A stretch of 42,533 bases of DNA from Perkinsus olseni. Lineage: Eukaryota. The stretch spans positions 1-42,533 of the forward strand of contig JABANN010000287.1 in NCBI GenBank assembly GCA_013115125.1. Direction: 5' to 3'. Position 1 is the first letter of the stretch. Each line of letters opens with the position of its first letter. The translations under genes and the position numbers were made by a program. This document shows, piece after piece, positions 12,728 to 24,745 of the stretch. The notes under the pieces are model-generated. The model was not told where the DNA came from. It did no database searches and saw only the letters and a list, made by a program, of their open reading frames with translations.

Positions 12728-12960
12728 CGTCTTGTTTCCGCTGGCAGTGGTCTCTTGTGTCTGAAAGCTCTATTAATTCGTGGAGAAAATTCCGCGTTGT
12801 ATATGTCCCAGTGGTTGCGCCTCGCTGACCAGATCAACGATCGTTTCCTCTGTACGGGCTGCAGCAGGTGGTGCCCGGATTCTGCTTCGTGTTTTTTGCT
12901 CTCCGAGCTTGTTTGGCTTCCTGTACATCCCAACGACTAAGCTCAGTGTGAGCAGCTTTT

Positions 12961-14314
12961 ATGAGTGCATTTGCCCGTTGTTTCTTCCAACCGAATACCC
13001 TTCGGCGATTTGCCGGTGTCGCAGGAGCCTCGCTGGTGGCGGGAGGGATGGCGAGAAACAGTTTACGGCCGAACCGGTGCTGGGCCGAGGAGATGTCGGC
13101 CGGGCAGAGATTAATGGACCCGCCGAAACGCGAGCAGCGGAATTTGTCCCAGGTGAGTATCTGACAAGCTTCTGGGTCGACTGCGAGGCCGAGCACCGTC
13201 GCAACAGTATATCGCATACGAACTGAGGATTTCGCTCGATGTGTGACAGTCTCGTCGATCGACCCGGACTAGGTCTGGCACATCGTTGACTCGTCTGGCT
13301 TGAGTTCGACATACGTGCGGGCCAGGTTATACGGCCCGTGTGACTTACGGGGAATTTACTTACCGCGGTTGCTCGCTTGGTGGGTATTTGGCTTGCTGCG
13401 AGGTGATGCGCCGTTGCGTCAGGTCATGGCCGATACCAACCTTGGGGAGGTGGCGGAGCCTCTCAGCTTCGGCATGATATCAGGATTCTGTAGCGGATTC
13501 TTTCTTAAGAAAGTGGGCAATGGGGTGACACTTGATGGGATCTCTCCTTACGGAGTTCGTGGTGCGGCTCCGGAGCTGTCAGTTCCTGAAACTCCTCGCG
13601 GGCCTCGCGTACTCTACGGCATATCCTGCTAGCCATAATCGGCGCCGTGTCACCATTGGAGCGCGATACGTTTGATGGTGCTGTTATTCGTGCAGGTTGG
13701 CAAGGCGGCAGCAGTGACTTTCGGGGTCGTGTTTGTGACGTTCCAAGCTGCAGCTCAGGCAGGGTATGTCAATGTGAACTGGGACGCGGTAGGTGTGCAT
13801 CTGTGAAGGACGAGAGAATGAGCGTCTCTACTCGACGATTGTGCAGTATATAGAATCTATATTATAGATCTGGGATGTCGACCTTGTGCATGTCAGTAAC
13901 CGTATGGCAGGATTCGCTTCTTGCTTGATGAAGTGAGTGTAGGTACAGCGTGATGTGATGAAGGGTTTAGACATGGATGGTGACGGAGAAGTGACTGAGA
14001 TGGATGCGCGAGAAGTAAGAGAAAGGATTAAAGTTGATGCTGGGCCGGCGATGGTGCCCATAAATCGTACAAGTGTAACGTGAAGGGCCACGTATAGCGT
14101 GAACGCTACTGCTGACTCATTCAACTTGTATCGTGTGTGACTGGGCGTTTCACCTTCTTAGTGGGTGTAACTCCACCGCTCACTCAGCCTAGCGGGTTAC
14201 GATGGTGGCTTGAGTCAGGCGGTAGTGCGAGCGGTTAACTACCTCACGGAGAACACAGGGATCGCTGCCGGAAGCTTTATGGCTGGTTTCGTCTTGGGCG
14301 TCAGGAAGGGATGA
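12961..14314 (+). CDS. FUN14-family (FUNDC-like) mitochondrial membrane protein, 5 exons
   Basis: Presequence-like MSAFARCFFQPNTLRRF. Then LSFGMISGFCSGFFLKK|VGKAAAVTFGVVFVTFQAAAQAGYVNVNWDA|VQRDVMKGLDMDGDGEVTEMDARE|AVVRAVNYLTENTGIAAGSFMAGFVLGVRKG*, with TGA at 14312-14314. Confidence 0.9.
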
Positions 14315-14936
14315 ACGTTGTAGCATTGCCAATTTAGTTTTTCTGCATCTCTTGTTTGCTGACAGTGGGTGGTTGCGTTGTTCAATGTGGGATATTGAGC
14401 GTGGATCTTCTAGGTAAATCGTACTCGAGTTCTTTCCTCTGAAAGCCCCTTCGTTGCAAGTTGTAGCTTACAATCTATCATGTGCTGAGGCGGCGTGCTG
14501 TCGTACATTTGCTGCTGCCTAGACTTTCCAGCAAACAGCATGACAGAGGTGACCACAGTCAGTCGTGGTAGGCTGCCAAGGTAGCGCCGTCGGGAGACGT
14601 ACAGGTGCGGGTGCCGACCTTCCCTGACGCGTTGTGAAATTTGAGGAAGACCGGAGTCGTGAATATCGACAGGAACACGGTGAGTAGAGCCTGCCGGTGA
14701 ATGACAGGCTGATGGAGCCGTTAAAATTTTGTCTAGTATGATAGGTGCTTACTGCGCTCACTAAGCATAGTTTGTGCAGCTGTTCGAATCAGCAGGTTTT
14801 GCAAAGTTTGGCGAAATCATTTCGTCGAAATGTATCTCAAAATTTGCCCACCGCCCTCATAAGCCACCGACGGTGAGCGCAGCATGGCTGCTGGGGGGCG
14901 AAACACAATGTTCGTGGGCGCAGGCATTCCTCCATC

Positions 14937-17900
14937 ATGGATAGCAAGATCTGCAATACAAGTGGGGCCTTAGTCGCTGCTCCTTGTGGCTCGCCGGAGA
15001 ATAGTTGGTGATCCGTGAATACTAGGGCCTCCTAGGTATGATAAACACATTGATTAGCTGGGCGGTCATCAATGATTTTCATACTTGACGGTGAAGCCTT
15101 GGCCAGGGATGTCAGCACCGACGGCTTCATCTCACAGCGAGATTCTCACTGACTCAAATGAGATGGTATTATTAATGAGGTGAGATGTGGTCTTGTGCGT
15201 GGGTGCGATCGAAGAGTAGCCTACTCTGAGTAGGAGGTCGCCTCTGAGAGGTGTACTATGGGACCTACTCATTAGGACATGTGCATTAGGACTCCTAAAT
15301 TAGGAGTCCTAATGCACATTGCTGACCTTATTTTCGAAGCTATTTGTGAAGTCAAAGGAGATGGCATCCCGCGGGAGAGTTGTTGTGGCGAGGCGTGAGG
15401 CGGCTGCATAACAATGAAGAAGATTCCTAATCTGTTCAATAAACCGGACAATCCTTGCTCTCTGGCGTACATGTAATTTGTTCGGGGCGTGACCGCTGCG
15501 GGAAACCTTCTGATACTCGGGGCTGCTCAACGCGGAGTCAACGAGCAAGTTGCGATTCATCAGAGTATCGTATCGCTGAGCGGAGTAACTCACTCCGCGC
15601 CAGTTCCAACTTCGCGATCTTCTCCCCATGATCAAGGATTATGCGTTATGTGGAAGGCCTTCGCCGCACCATTGACGAATCGTCAAGAAACGATGCCGGA
15701 TGGTTGGCAGCGGTTATCGGCTTTAGGTGAGGGAGGGAATTTCCCTTAGGGAAAAAGCTTTCTATGTCTTTTTGATTAGCGCACTTGCTATGACCCTGAT
15801 CCCAGGGTGTATTCTCTTAATCAGCGGATGAGGCAGATCGGAGGGTCGGTCCTTTATTTCGTCGGTAGTACCGGCTCGGTACCAAGGTCAAGAAACCTTG
15901 CGCTGGGGTGAATTGGAACGTGGAAAATCAGGACTCTTCAAGCAAGAGGGCCTGTCGGCTTCCCAATATCTTGCATATATGTTACCCCATTCGGTAATAG
16001 AGAACCAACCGAAACCACCTGCGGGGACCATAAGTTATGGTCTATAACGGCAGACCGCAAAAAAACTACAACGGATATGATGACCGTAATGTGATTCGCC
16101 CATACCTCGATTCACTTATTCACCCTCGTTGAGTCCTCAGCCCTCTCAGCTAGTCGGGCTATAGATATGGCAAAACTGCTGTCGCGTTCGCACAATGTAA
16201 AACGCACCGCTGTTGTGTGTGTTTTGCTAGTGTCGGACGGTAATCATGAGTTCAAGTTTCCCGGGTAGAAAAATGTTCTCTTGTCGGAAAATACCGGAAA
16301 CTTGAGCTTCCATAATCTGCTTGAAACTGATACTCGGTTATTGAGTCGAAGTAGGTACAGTGCGAGGAGATGAAAGTAGAGATGTGCGTGGATGGAAAAT
16401 GCTGCATGAAGAGAATGTGGCTTCGAATCTGCCACCAGTCGCTGGAGATGCCGAATCTACCATGGGCCGCGTTAATTGTCTTCGTAAGGATGAAGGCTCG
16501 TCGGGGAATAGATGAGGGACTAGATTGTACTGTTGCATTGCAGGGTGCCAATGCTCAATGTAGATAATCACTTTCACTTTGAGCTAGACTGCAGTGCTGT
16601 GTTTACGACGGAAAAAGTTTTGCAGCCGATGTAGCTGCATATCGTCGGATCTTTCCTTCGGCCCTGGCTCCGACTCTGCGATATTCCTGCTACTTCCGTA
16701 TAACGTTAAGATTCTGGCGTTGTTCGCTTACAAGGCGCCTGCCTATTCCCGAAGTCGGAACATCGAAGCCGGGGAGGTGGACTTTGAAGGACCACTGACC
16801 GCAGCCGGTGCCGCACCAGAAGGGTTCCGAGGAGACAGAAGTGCGCGTTGGCCAATTCGGCCACTACTCCCAGTGTTGCTTCTCAGCGAGGAGATATACG
16901 AGGATACCTAGTATCAGTGCGTTGTACAAAAGCAGCAATGGGCGCCAAATTCCCGGAATATGCCCTACTCGCTGGGGTTCCAGTATAACAGCGCTTGAAC
17001 CTTTGGGACTATCTTGGGCTGCGATTCTGGCTGTCGTCGAGCACGTGGAGCACGGACTCGCGGTTACGTGAGCTGAACGTATTATTTCAAATCTTTGATC
17101 ATTGGTTTGTCAAGCATTGGAGCTCCTCGCTCGTCTGAAACCTTCTGATGCCCGAGGCTTCTCAACGCGAAGTCAATGAGCAGGTTGCGGCCATTCAGCG
17201 CATCGTGTCGCTGAGAGGAGTTAGTACATATGGAACATTCCAGCTCATCCAGCTATATGTACTCACCATCCCTGCTACGACAAGCCGTGTTTGGCAATAG
17301 GTTGGAGTCGACGGTATTGACACCCTCATTTTCTGTGAGGATTGCGCTGGTGCTTTTTCCAACACTCTTCAACCCGAGTAGCGGGTACCAAGCGCATCAC
17401 TATGACATCGCATGCGCGACCATGTGGTTGTTACCGAGCAGATAATTATGCCGCGGTGCCCCTGCCTCAACTCACTCCTTCGTTTGCGTTCAGTCCTTAG
17501 CTTTGAGTTAGTCCTACTGAAGATAGGGCGAACTGATCTCCGAGAACAGTTCTCACGTCTCGACCACTGCTGTTTGTGGTCTACTAGCTTCTAATGGCAA
17601 TCACGAGCTAGAAATTACTGGAATAACAAAAAATCTAGATTTCCGAGTCCACAACTGATTTCTATCCGAAAAATGTCGGAAATCTGAGCCTTAACAATCT
17701 TTTCGAAAGTGACACTTGTGATTGATCGAAAATAGGTACGGCGCGAGGAGGCGAGATGTATGGATGGACAGGCAGAACATCTGCCGTAGATCCTACCTGA
17801 GACGAACGTGCCTTCGAACTTGCCACCATCTGCTGGAGATGCTGGCTCTACGGAAGGGCGCGTCCATCTGATGATCGGATATCATATGATGGACTCCATC

Positions 17901-19635
17901 ATATGATATGATGGATATGATTCATATCCGACGGGATAGGAGCTTATCGAGGAGTAGAGAGCGGGCTTGATAATCGAGTATCACTGCAGAGTGCAACTGT
18001 TCTGCTCCATGATGTCCATTTCCCAGGTCCGAAGCGATTTTGACCACATGCATGTCCGTGCTCTTACGAAAAGGGATTTCTTTGATCGACTGAGGGGAAG
18101 GGCGACTGAGACTCGGTCACGTCGACCGTCGCTGGAAGAACGCAGGGGAAGGCCATCTTCGGTGATTTCATATCTTTTCTTGACGCCAGGAACAATTGAG
18201 AGATTCATAACCAGTTCAGTCTCGGTGATGCGTTGTGTGTTTCCTCTGGGGAGCGGAGAGTCCTAGGGGGGAAGAACGACTGGTGCTGGGATTGAACTCG
18301 AGTCCTCCATAAGTTCATCTTCCGAACACCCATCTATGATAACTGCTCCGTGCTACACTACCACTAAGTACTCAGCTGCAGCTCTACTACACCTTCGCCG
18401 AGCGTTTTCGGTGACGTTGAAGGAGCAGGCAAAGCTGCTGGAGGCCACCAAGTGGGACAAGCTACCCGAGGGTGACTGGTTGCGGCAGGATCCGAAGGGG
18501 ATGAAGAAGACTCTTGATTGCCGGAGTATAGCGGCCTTACAGGTAGGTCAAGTGGTTCAGCAACAGCAAATGTGGCTGGGTCAGTGGTATTCGCCTGGTG
18601 GTTGGACGATATGCTTCTGTGTTACTCATTGTTCGCCAGCTGTCAGACGCCCTCCAATTTTCTCTGCGCTGTGTGTGTTATAGTCCAACGCCAGTAGCAC
18701 CTAGGCTTAGCTAGACTTTCACCGAAGTGATACTGACTGGGCCGGTGCATGGCGACGGAGGCAAGACTCAGTGCCCAACTTCCTAATTCCTGTCTCACTT
18801 CGGTCGCAAGACAGCAACATTGCCTTTGTCTGCAGAACCTATCGGAGCTGTTCTGGGACGAGAGTGTGACGGGCCCTACAGCGAGGAAGGAGTTACTGAA
18901 GCGCGTGAAGGCATGGGAGGCTGCCATCGACAAGAGAGCGAGTCAACCTGCGGCTGCCTGGAGAATGCTAGTCGCGGCGCGGAAGGCGGTAAGCAGGGAA
19001 TGGGAGGAGGGCTCCTCTGCAGAACTGTCAGTTCTGAACCGAACCATTGAGTGGATGATCCACCCGATCCACCGCGGATCGGATGCGAACCTTGCAGCTC
19101 TGGTTTCGCCTTTTGGGCCTTCGAGAAAAATCACTCGCGATTCTCTTCTTGTCAGTATTACGTCGCGACCAGCAACCTCGAGGCGGCCAACGCGGTGACT
19201 AGGGCCTTGGCGGAGTGTCGAGGAAGGGCGGACATCAGCGATGTGAGATACCGTATACGTCGTGTCTCGCAGCCGTCTCCGTCGTTATCTCGTTGGCGGA
19301 GTGAATTGTCTCCCCGAACTGTGTGCTTCGTCCATACGATTCGTACGCACACGCCACACCAGTAGGACAACTTGTCCACGACAAGTGGTTGTGTCATAAA
19401 TTTAAGCTCTATTAGGTGTAGGGGCACTCGCCGCTGTGGCTCGATGATACTCAGCGCGCGGGAGGGTACTAACCGTAAAGGAGGTCTTTCGGATTCAGTT
19501 CTAGGCTTCCGACAGTACACTGTGCCCGCGTGTCGTTGTATGGTGGAGAGCTCGGTCGATGCAGATGCTCCAATCGTCATCACCGGAGAAGTCTTGCGAT
19601 GCCTCCGCGAGGACCTTCGAGGACACTATGGATGA
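14937..19635 (+). CDS. Probable intron-rich gene (or genes) of unknown function with an internal duplication; boundaries uncertain
   Basis: Exon-like helical segments, most bounded by plausible splice sites: YSAAALLHLRRAFSVTLKEQAKLLEATKWDKLPEGDWLRQ (~18370), NLSELFWDESVTGPTARKELLKRVKAWEAAIDK (~18836), YYVATSNLEAANAVTRALAECRG (~19156) and YTVPACRCMVESSVDADAPIVITGEVLRCLREDLRGHYG* (ends 19635). Whether the upstream part (14937-18010) joins this gene is unresolved. Confidence 0.4.
15279..15319. repeat. Perfect palindrome, 20-bp arms, 1-nt centre
   Basis: ATGTGCATTAGGACTCCTAA-A-TTAGGAGTCCTAATGCACAT. Confidence 0.97.
15500..18010 (+). repeat. Old tandem duplication: ~15500-16560 versus ~17135-18010
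   Basis: 15503-15595 aligns with 17138-17230 (NLLILGAAQRGVNEQVAIHQSIVSLSGVT vs NLLMPEASQREVNEQVAAIQRIVSLRGVS). ~16350-16555 aligns with ~17730-18000 (NVASNLPPVAGDAESTMG vs NVPSNLPPSAGDAGSTEG). Confidence 0.8.
17879..17929. repeat. Two adjacent palindromes, 15-bp and 8-bp arms, each with a 1-nt centre
   Basis: ATATCATATGATGGA-C-TCCATCATATGATAT (17879-17909) and GGATATGA-T-TCATATCC (17913-17929). Confidence 0.95.
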
Positions 19636-19954
19636 CCTCAGCTCCGTACCCATGCAGAGACGAACGTGAGCCTCGGGGCCTCGGGTAGCTTCGCCTGGCC
19701 GATCGTAGCTGATGCCGCTGAAAAGCGTGCCATGACATGGTCTTATTAACATCAAGTCTTCTCAAGTTTCGAGACCCTTTTTTCTTTCACCAAGCGACAT
19801 TGTTTTCATCTCCATCAATATTCTTCAGCATATCTTTGTCCTTATTTCCTCTAATAGTATCTGGTGGTAACTTGTCCGGCAGATTTTGTATTTTCACCTG
19901 AACCATATTGAGCTAATCTCGCCAATAGAAATTACTCCATTTCGGGTCTCTGTA

Positions 19955-22737
19955 ATGCTTCGCGAGGCTCCTATTATGTGTCGTCTATACCAGAAGAGGA
20001 TATCATTACTGCTCCTCAGGTTCAGCGAGCAGCCTATCGTTGTTCTGAGCGCAGGAGAGATCGCTTCGGCCGATGAGGTCATCCACGATGACCAGATAGC
20101 GTTCAGAGCGCCGCAGGCCACCGCAGCACGGGACAAGCGGATTCCTGACGTGAGGCGGGAACTATGATCTGTTTATGCGATTACGCTGATACATCCGACT
20201 GTCTTCGTACCGTATCTTTTGTACGTGTACGTGTAATGCTGGGGTCGAGCCGAATTCGTGGAGGTCGGCATGTCAGCTGGATGAGTTAGGAAATTTGTGG
20301 TATTCGCAGGATGCTCCTATACATAAATGTTGTGATCAAGAGAATCTCCCGAGTAAGATCGAAAATACTGCTCGATCGGTAACCCTGACACCAGTGCACT
20401 AGCGGGTGTAGTAGTAGAACAGAATATAAGTAGATTGGGCTCATAGTGAACGAGATAGAGCAGATAGAAAAGCAGAGTAGCTGACGTGATGCAAGTTGAT
20501 AACGGGACACTAAGATGATGGAGCTAGTGTTCATCATACGGTGTGGTAGTGTGCTATGTAGACTGCGCACCAGCGTACTTCATAATCATTCGTCTTACGA
20601 AATTCTCTCTGAGTCCACTCGTATGCAATTTAACAGCAAAGTGTGCGATGAAGACCCTGCCGTGTCAGGTTCGTGCGGAAATACTGAGCGGTTCGCTGGT
20701 CGGCTCTGATCCTGATAACATCCTCGATCGGCAGCATCGGATGGTATTTGCAACGAATCTTCCCTTTGGAGTCACTCGAGAAGACATCGCCCATGCGCTC
20801 GGGAATGTGAGCATGGGGGTGCTTGCCGACTGCTGTGCTGAAGTAGCTTTTTCGGTATGAATTGCAAGAGTGCCAGCTCTCATCGGAACCCTGTATTAAG
20901 ATGTGGTATATTCATTGGTAGTATAGGTCATCGTATCATGAGTAGTGTGAGCTAATAATGCCTCGTGACTTCGCAGTTTCAACCACGATGTGAAAAACGA
21001 ATATCACATCGCGGTTTTCTGGTTTTTCATCTCGGTAAAATTGGACTACGCTGTGCGGGTGAAACTTCATCTATATTACAGATAAATAGATATCTCACCC
21101 ACAATAAGTATAAATCTATGAGAATGGTTATGCTTATAACATCCGCTATACGGAAGCGATTACGCTCTAACGAGGTGCTGCAGTGGTTAGTCAATGCCTG
21201 CTCACTGATGTCAGATTGGTCGCATCGTTGACGTTGAGATATTCAACAGTCGAGCGTCGAGTGCTGATGCCATCTCGAACAGCTCTCAGAACTTCGTGGC
21301 CCATGAGTCGCGGATAACTGCCCTCATCGAGTTCGAGACGGAGAAGGTGATAACGACTTGCAGGGACTTCGAGATGGAAGGAATCCACCTCCGCCTTCTT
21401 GGCGCATTGATCGCGGCGCTAGGGCCCCCACGCACTTTCCTTGGTACAAGACCGCCAGGAGATCTATAGTCTAATGGTAATCTTAATAATAATCACTATA
21501 ATCTTTCTTAGGCGGCGATGATGTGCCGGTCGAACGTGGCTCGTCTATTCGGTATAGTATGCACGAGCGCCGATGATGTCTCCAACAGGGTCATGCGCCT
21601 CGAGCCCGCGACTTTCAAGCGGACTCTTATGGTCACGCGAGTGGCTTGGCAGTAAGTGGACGGGCCCTAGCCGGTTGTGGTTGCCCCGATGACAGTATTG
21701 AATGCCGGGTCCCGAGTTCGGAGGAAGAGCGCGCGCGATGAGTGTAGCGTAATCTGTCGGCTGTGACTAGTTTGAACATGGCTCGGCTCTGTTGCGCGAA
21801 GAGTTTGTTTTTTATGGCAGGTATATGCTGTCTGAAGTGTTGGAGAGCATTGGTTCGATCATAACCGCGGACACCGATGCCCGGCTGGAGATGAGGGTCC
21901 GCAATGCGCCGATATTCGAGGTAGGCCTGAGATCGCTCCGTCGTCTACGGGAGGCATTTTGCCGTCGTTTTTTAGATTCCGAATACCGACCTGTCCGAGC
22001 CTTCAATACCTTTGAAAGAGTTGCGCGTTACCTGCGAGTCGGCAGCCACTGCGAACATCCGACAAGATCCGCAAGTGTCTATTGACGAAGTCCTGAGGCT
22101 CGAGGTTGGTCATGGCAGCAGCGGCGGAATATTGTGACGTTCATGACTGCTCAGGGGCTGCGGAATGCGGAGGCGCGGGGAAGTGCGGTGGATGGCGGGA
22201 GGGAGACTACCGTCGACCTGTTGGCTGACACCAGATGGTTCGTACAAGAGCAGCTCAATGATGGTATCTTCTGCCTGAGGTAGTTGATGACTCTTGTTTC
22301 TCATAAACGCTCTGGACTCAGGATTTTCTTTCTACGGTCGTTCTGATTGAATTCGAGACGGCTCACCTGATTCCATTATATCTCGCTACTCCGTGTTTGT
22401 ATGCAGATTTCTCGTCTTGCTCGTAGGTTCCCGACCTTTGCCGATACATACACAGCCATGAAGAAATTAACCTCACCCGGCGTAGTCCTGCTCGGAGATA
22501 AAGTGCCTCAAGTCGAATTCTCGGCTAAGTCACTGAGGTGAGGCTTTAGGCTATCGCGTTTCGGCCCTGCACTACTCCCAGTTTCGTGTCATCACACGTG
22601 GAAGGCGTGGAGGTGGGAGACGAAACGTCGGGTGGAATTTATGTCGATTTTTTACTACCAGAAAGAAGCGGTGAGTATTTGGGTCCGCGATTGCATCGGG
22701 CGGCCTTGTAGGAGCTCTAACCCCATTACCCTTGTAA
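19955..22737 (+). CDS. RRM-type RNA-binding protein, multi-exon
   Basis: RNP2-like MVFATNLPFGVTREDIAHALGN (~20740-20806) and RNP1-like TALIEFETEK (~21320-21347). A second degenerate RRM has TLMVTRVAW ... GIFCLR|FPTFADTYTAMKKL ... PQVEFS. Exons join in phase with GT-AG. Start and final exon are tentative. Confidence 0.72.
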
Positions 22738-23126
22738 GATTGGTAAGCCCTCGTCAGCGTCGTTTCTCTCAGCCAAGTATTTGGATGCACGAGACACGCC
22801 CCTGTCGATAGATGGCATTCCCAGCAGAGAGATGTACGCATGAGAGAGTTTCTGGTTTTGTTTCTATCCAACTAGTTTTTGAGTTTCTGAAGGTCTAACC
22901 GATTTGGTCGCTCCTGGGTAAGTGATGCCTCAACATTTCGACTCGGAACTTCGGAGCTGCTTGGAGGGTCCTCGTTTGTTTCGAACCTTCGTCTGGCAGC
23001 GAATTATTCCTTACTGTGATCACGGCCCGTGATGCACGGGTTAGAATCGGGGTGCTGGCCCTCAGGGCCAAGCCCTGTCACAGTGACAGTGTCACTAGTA
23101 TCACTGGTACCGATCTGCAGCGCCCC

Positions 23127-24618
23127 ATGTTCAAGGAGCTAAGTGCTGCCATGCCGAAGAAGCCGGAAGATTTCACTGTGGCCGATGTTAGAGCTGTGAT
23201 AGCGTGACAAATTCGCTGAGGGTTCATCGACCTCTACATCTATGGTCCTACAAGCGGGTTTTGTCCACCATGCAAAGAAAGTTCCACGCGTACAAACGAC
23301 GTATCTCGGATGAAGATAGTATACAGACAAGGATAGCCATGCTATATTAACGGGTTCGTTTGAGAATCTCAAATTGAGATGGAGATGTTGGCAACATCAT
23401 GTTGCGGTGCTCATTGCCTGTCCTTCGACTCATCTCACCGCACCAACCTGTCGGAAAGACACCAGGCCTTCCCTCTCACTGTTTTGGGAATTGCCGTGGC
23501 GGTGTGTAAAAAGCTCTTTCTGGCTCCTCATATGGGTGTTACAGCTGCAGTACTCGAAGAGCAGATCAGAGCGGTCATAAGGTCTCAGTATGGGAATAGC
23601 AAGAGGGAGTACGAGAGTGCCGCGGCAGCCAAGCTAGCGCTTAAACTTTTCGGTAGCTTCGATGCTCTCCCTCCGTTCCCACAAGAATATGCCACTCAGT
23701 CGCCGGCACTGCTACAAGCCTTCTTGGTGAGCTATGATCAAAACTGAGACGCTTCGAAGAGGGAGCAGGGAGCTTTGGTCCCCGCCACGGGCCATGGCCC
23801 ACGGCCATCGCCATCGACAATCAACGGAAGGTCGTTGAGCGCACCAAGGTAGACGTGACTAAGGGAGAGGCAGGTTACCTGCCGCAGGTACGCAATCACC
23901 GACTAATATGGATGAAGTTGGCAATGGAAGGGCTCGCCTAACGGCATGTAGCTGATTTGCCGGAACTACGACGGGCCACTAAGAATCTAGGACGGGCGAG
24001 TAAAGCCGAGCAATACGATCGGGAGAAAAACTTCAAGTTGAAGTAATGTTGAATTACTAATTACTTGTTGAACAAGTAATTGGATGCAGCACAATGAGCA
24101 ATACACCATCAAAATGGCATAATGGGGAGAATGCGTGTTCAACACGCAGTGACTGCGTTGCAGTCCTCCCAGGTTTGAATCTTGGCGGGAGTACCTCGGT
24201 GCGACAAGCGGGCCTGCAGCCAATCACCCCCGCGGCAAGGCAGGTGGCCTGGGCAACACTGTCTCACGACAGGGTTGGCGAAAAGCGGACTATCCGTCGG
24301 GGATCACAACGTTCAATGCGACCTGTGGTCGGCAGGACTACATCCCTGGTACTGGTCGGACGATCACACCTGGCCCGGCCAGGTAGGAAAGAAAATACCA
24401 ATACTCAGGATAAAATTTGTCAGATGCATCCTATCCTACGTATTGGGAGAGAGGCTTATAGTGAGCATCCTCGCCGACGTCTATTCTTGAAGCAGACCTC
24501 CTGGTCACTCTTTCAGGACTTTGAGGGTGCAAGACAGTTGGAGGAGGCGAGGGTTAGAGCACATCTCGATGTTAACGTCACGCTAGTGCGTGATTTCGCA
24601 TCCCCGCATAATGGTTGA
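23127..24618 (+). mobile_element. Degenerate Mutator/MULE-like transposase remnant
   Basis: Broken frames in MuDR-like order: GAHC, ALKLFGSFDALPPF...QSP, TAIAID, KICQMH (CxxH-like) and DFEGARQLEEARVRAHL. In-frame stops and frameshifts are present. No TIRs were identified. Recognised by motif resemblance only. Confidence 0.4.
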
Positions 24619-24745
24619 AATCACGTGGTCAGCTCGTATCTTCAATCGATGACGATTTTAATACTTCACTAACACCCGAGACATCACCAAAGAACAGCGT
24701 AAGACATCGAAGTTTGCTCTCATCATGATTAACAACACATCCACT

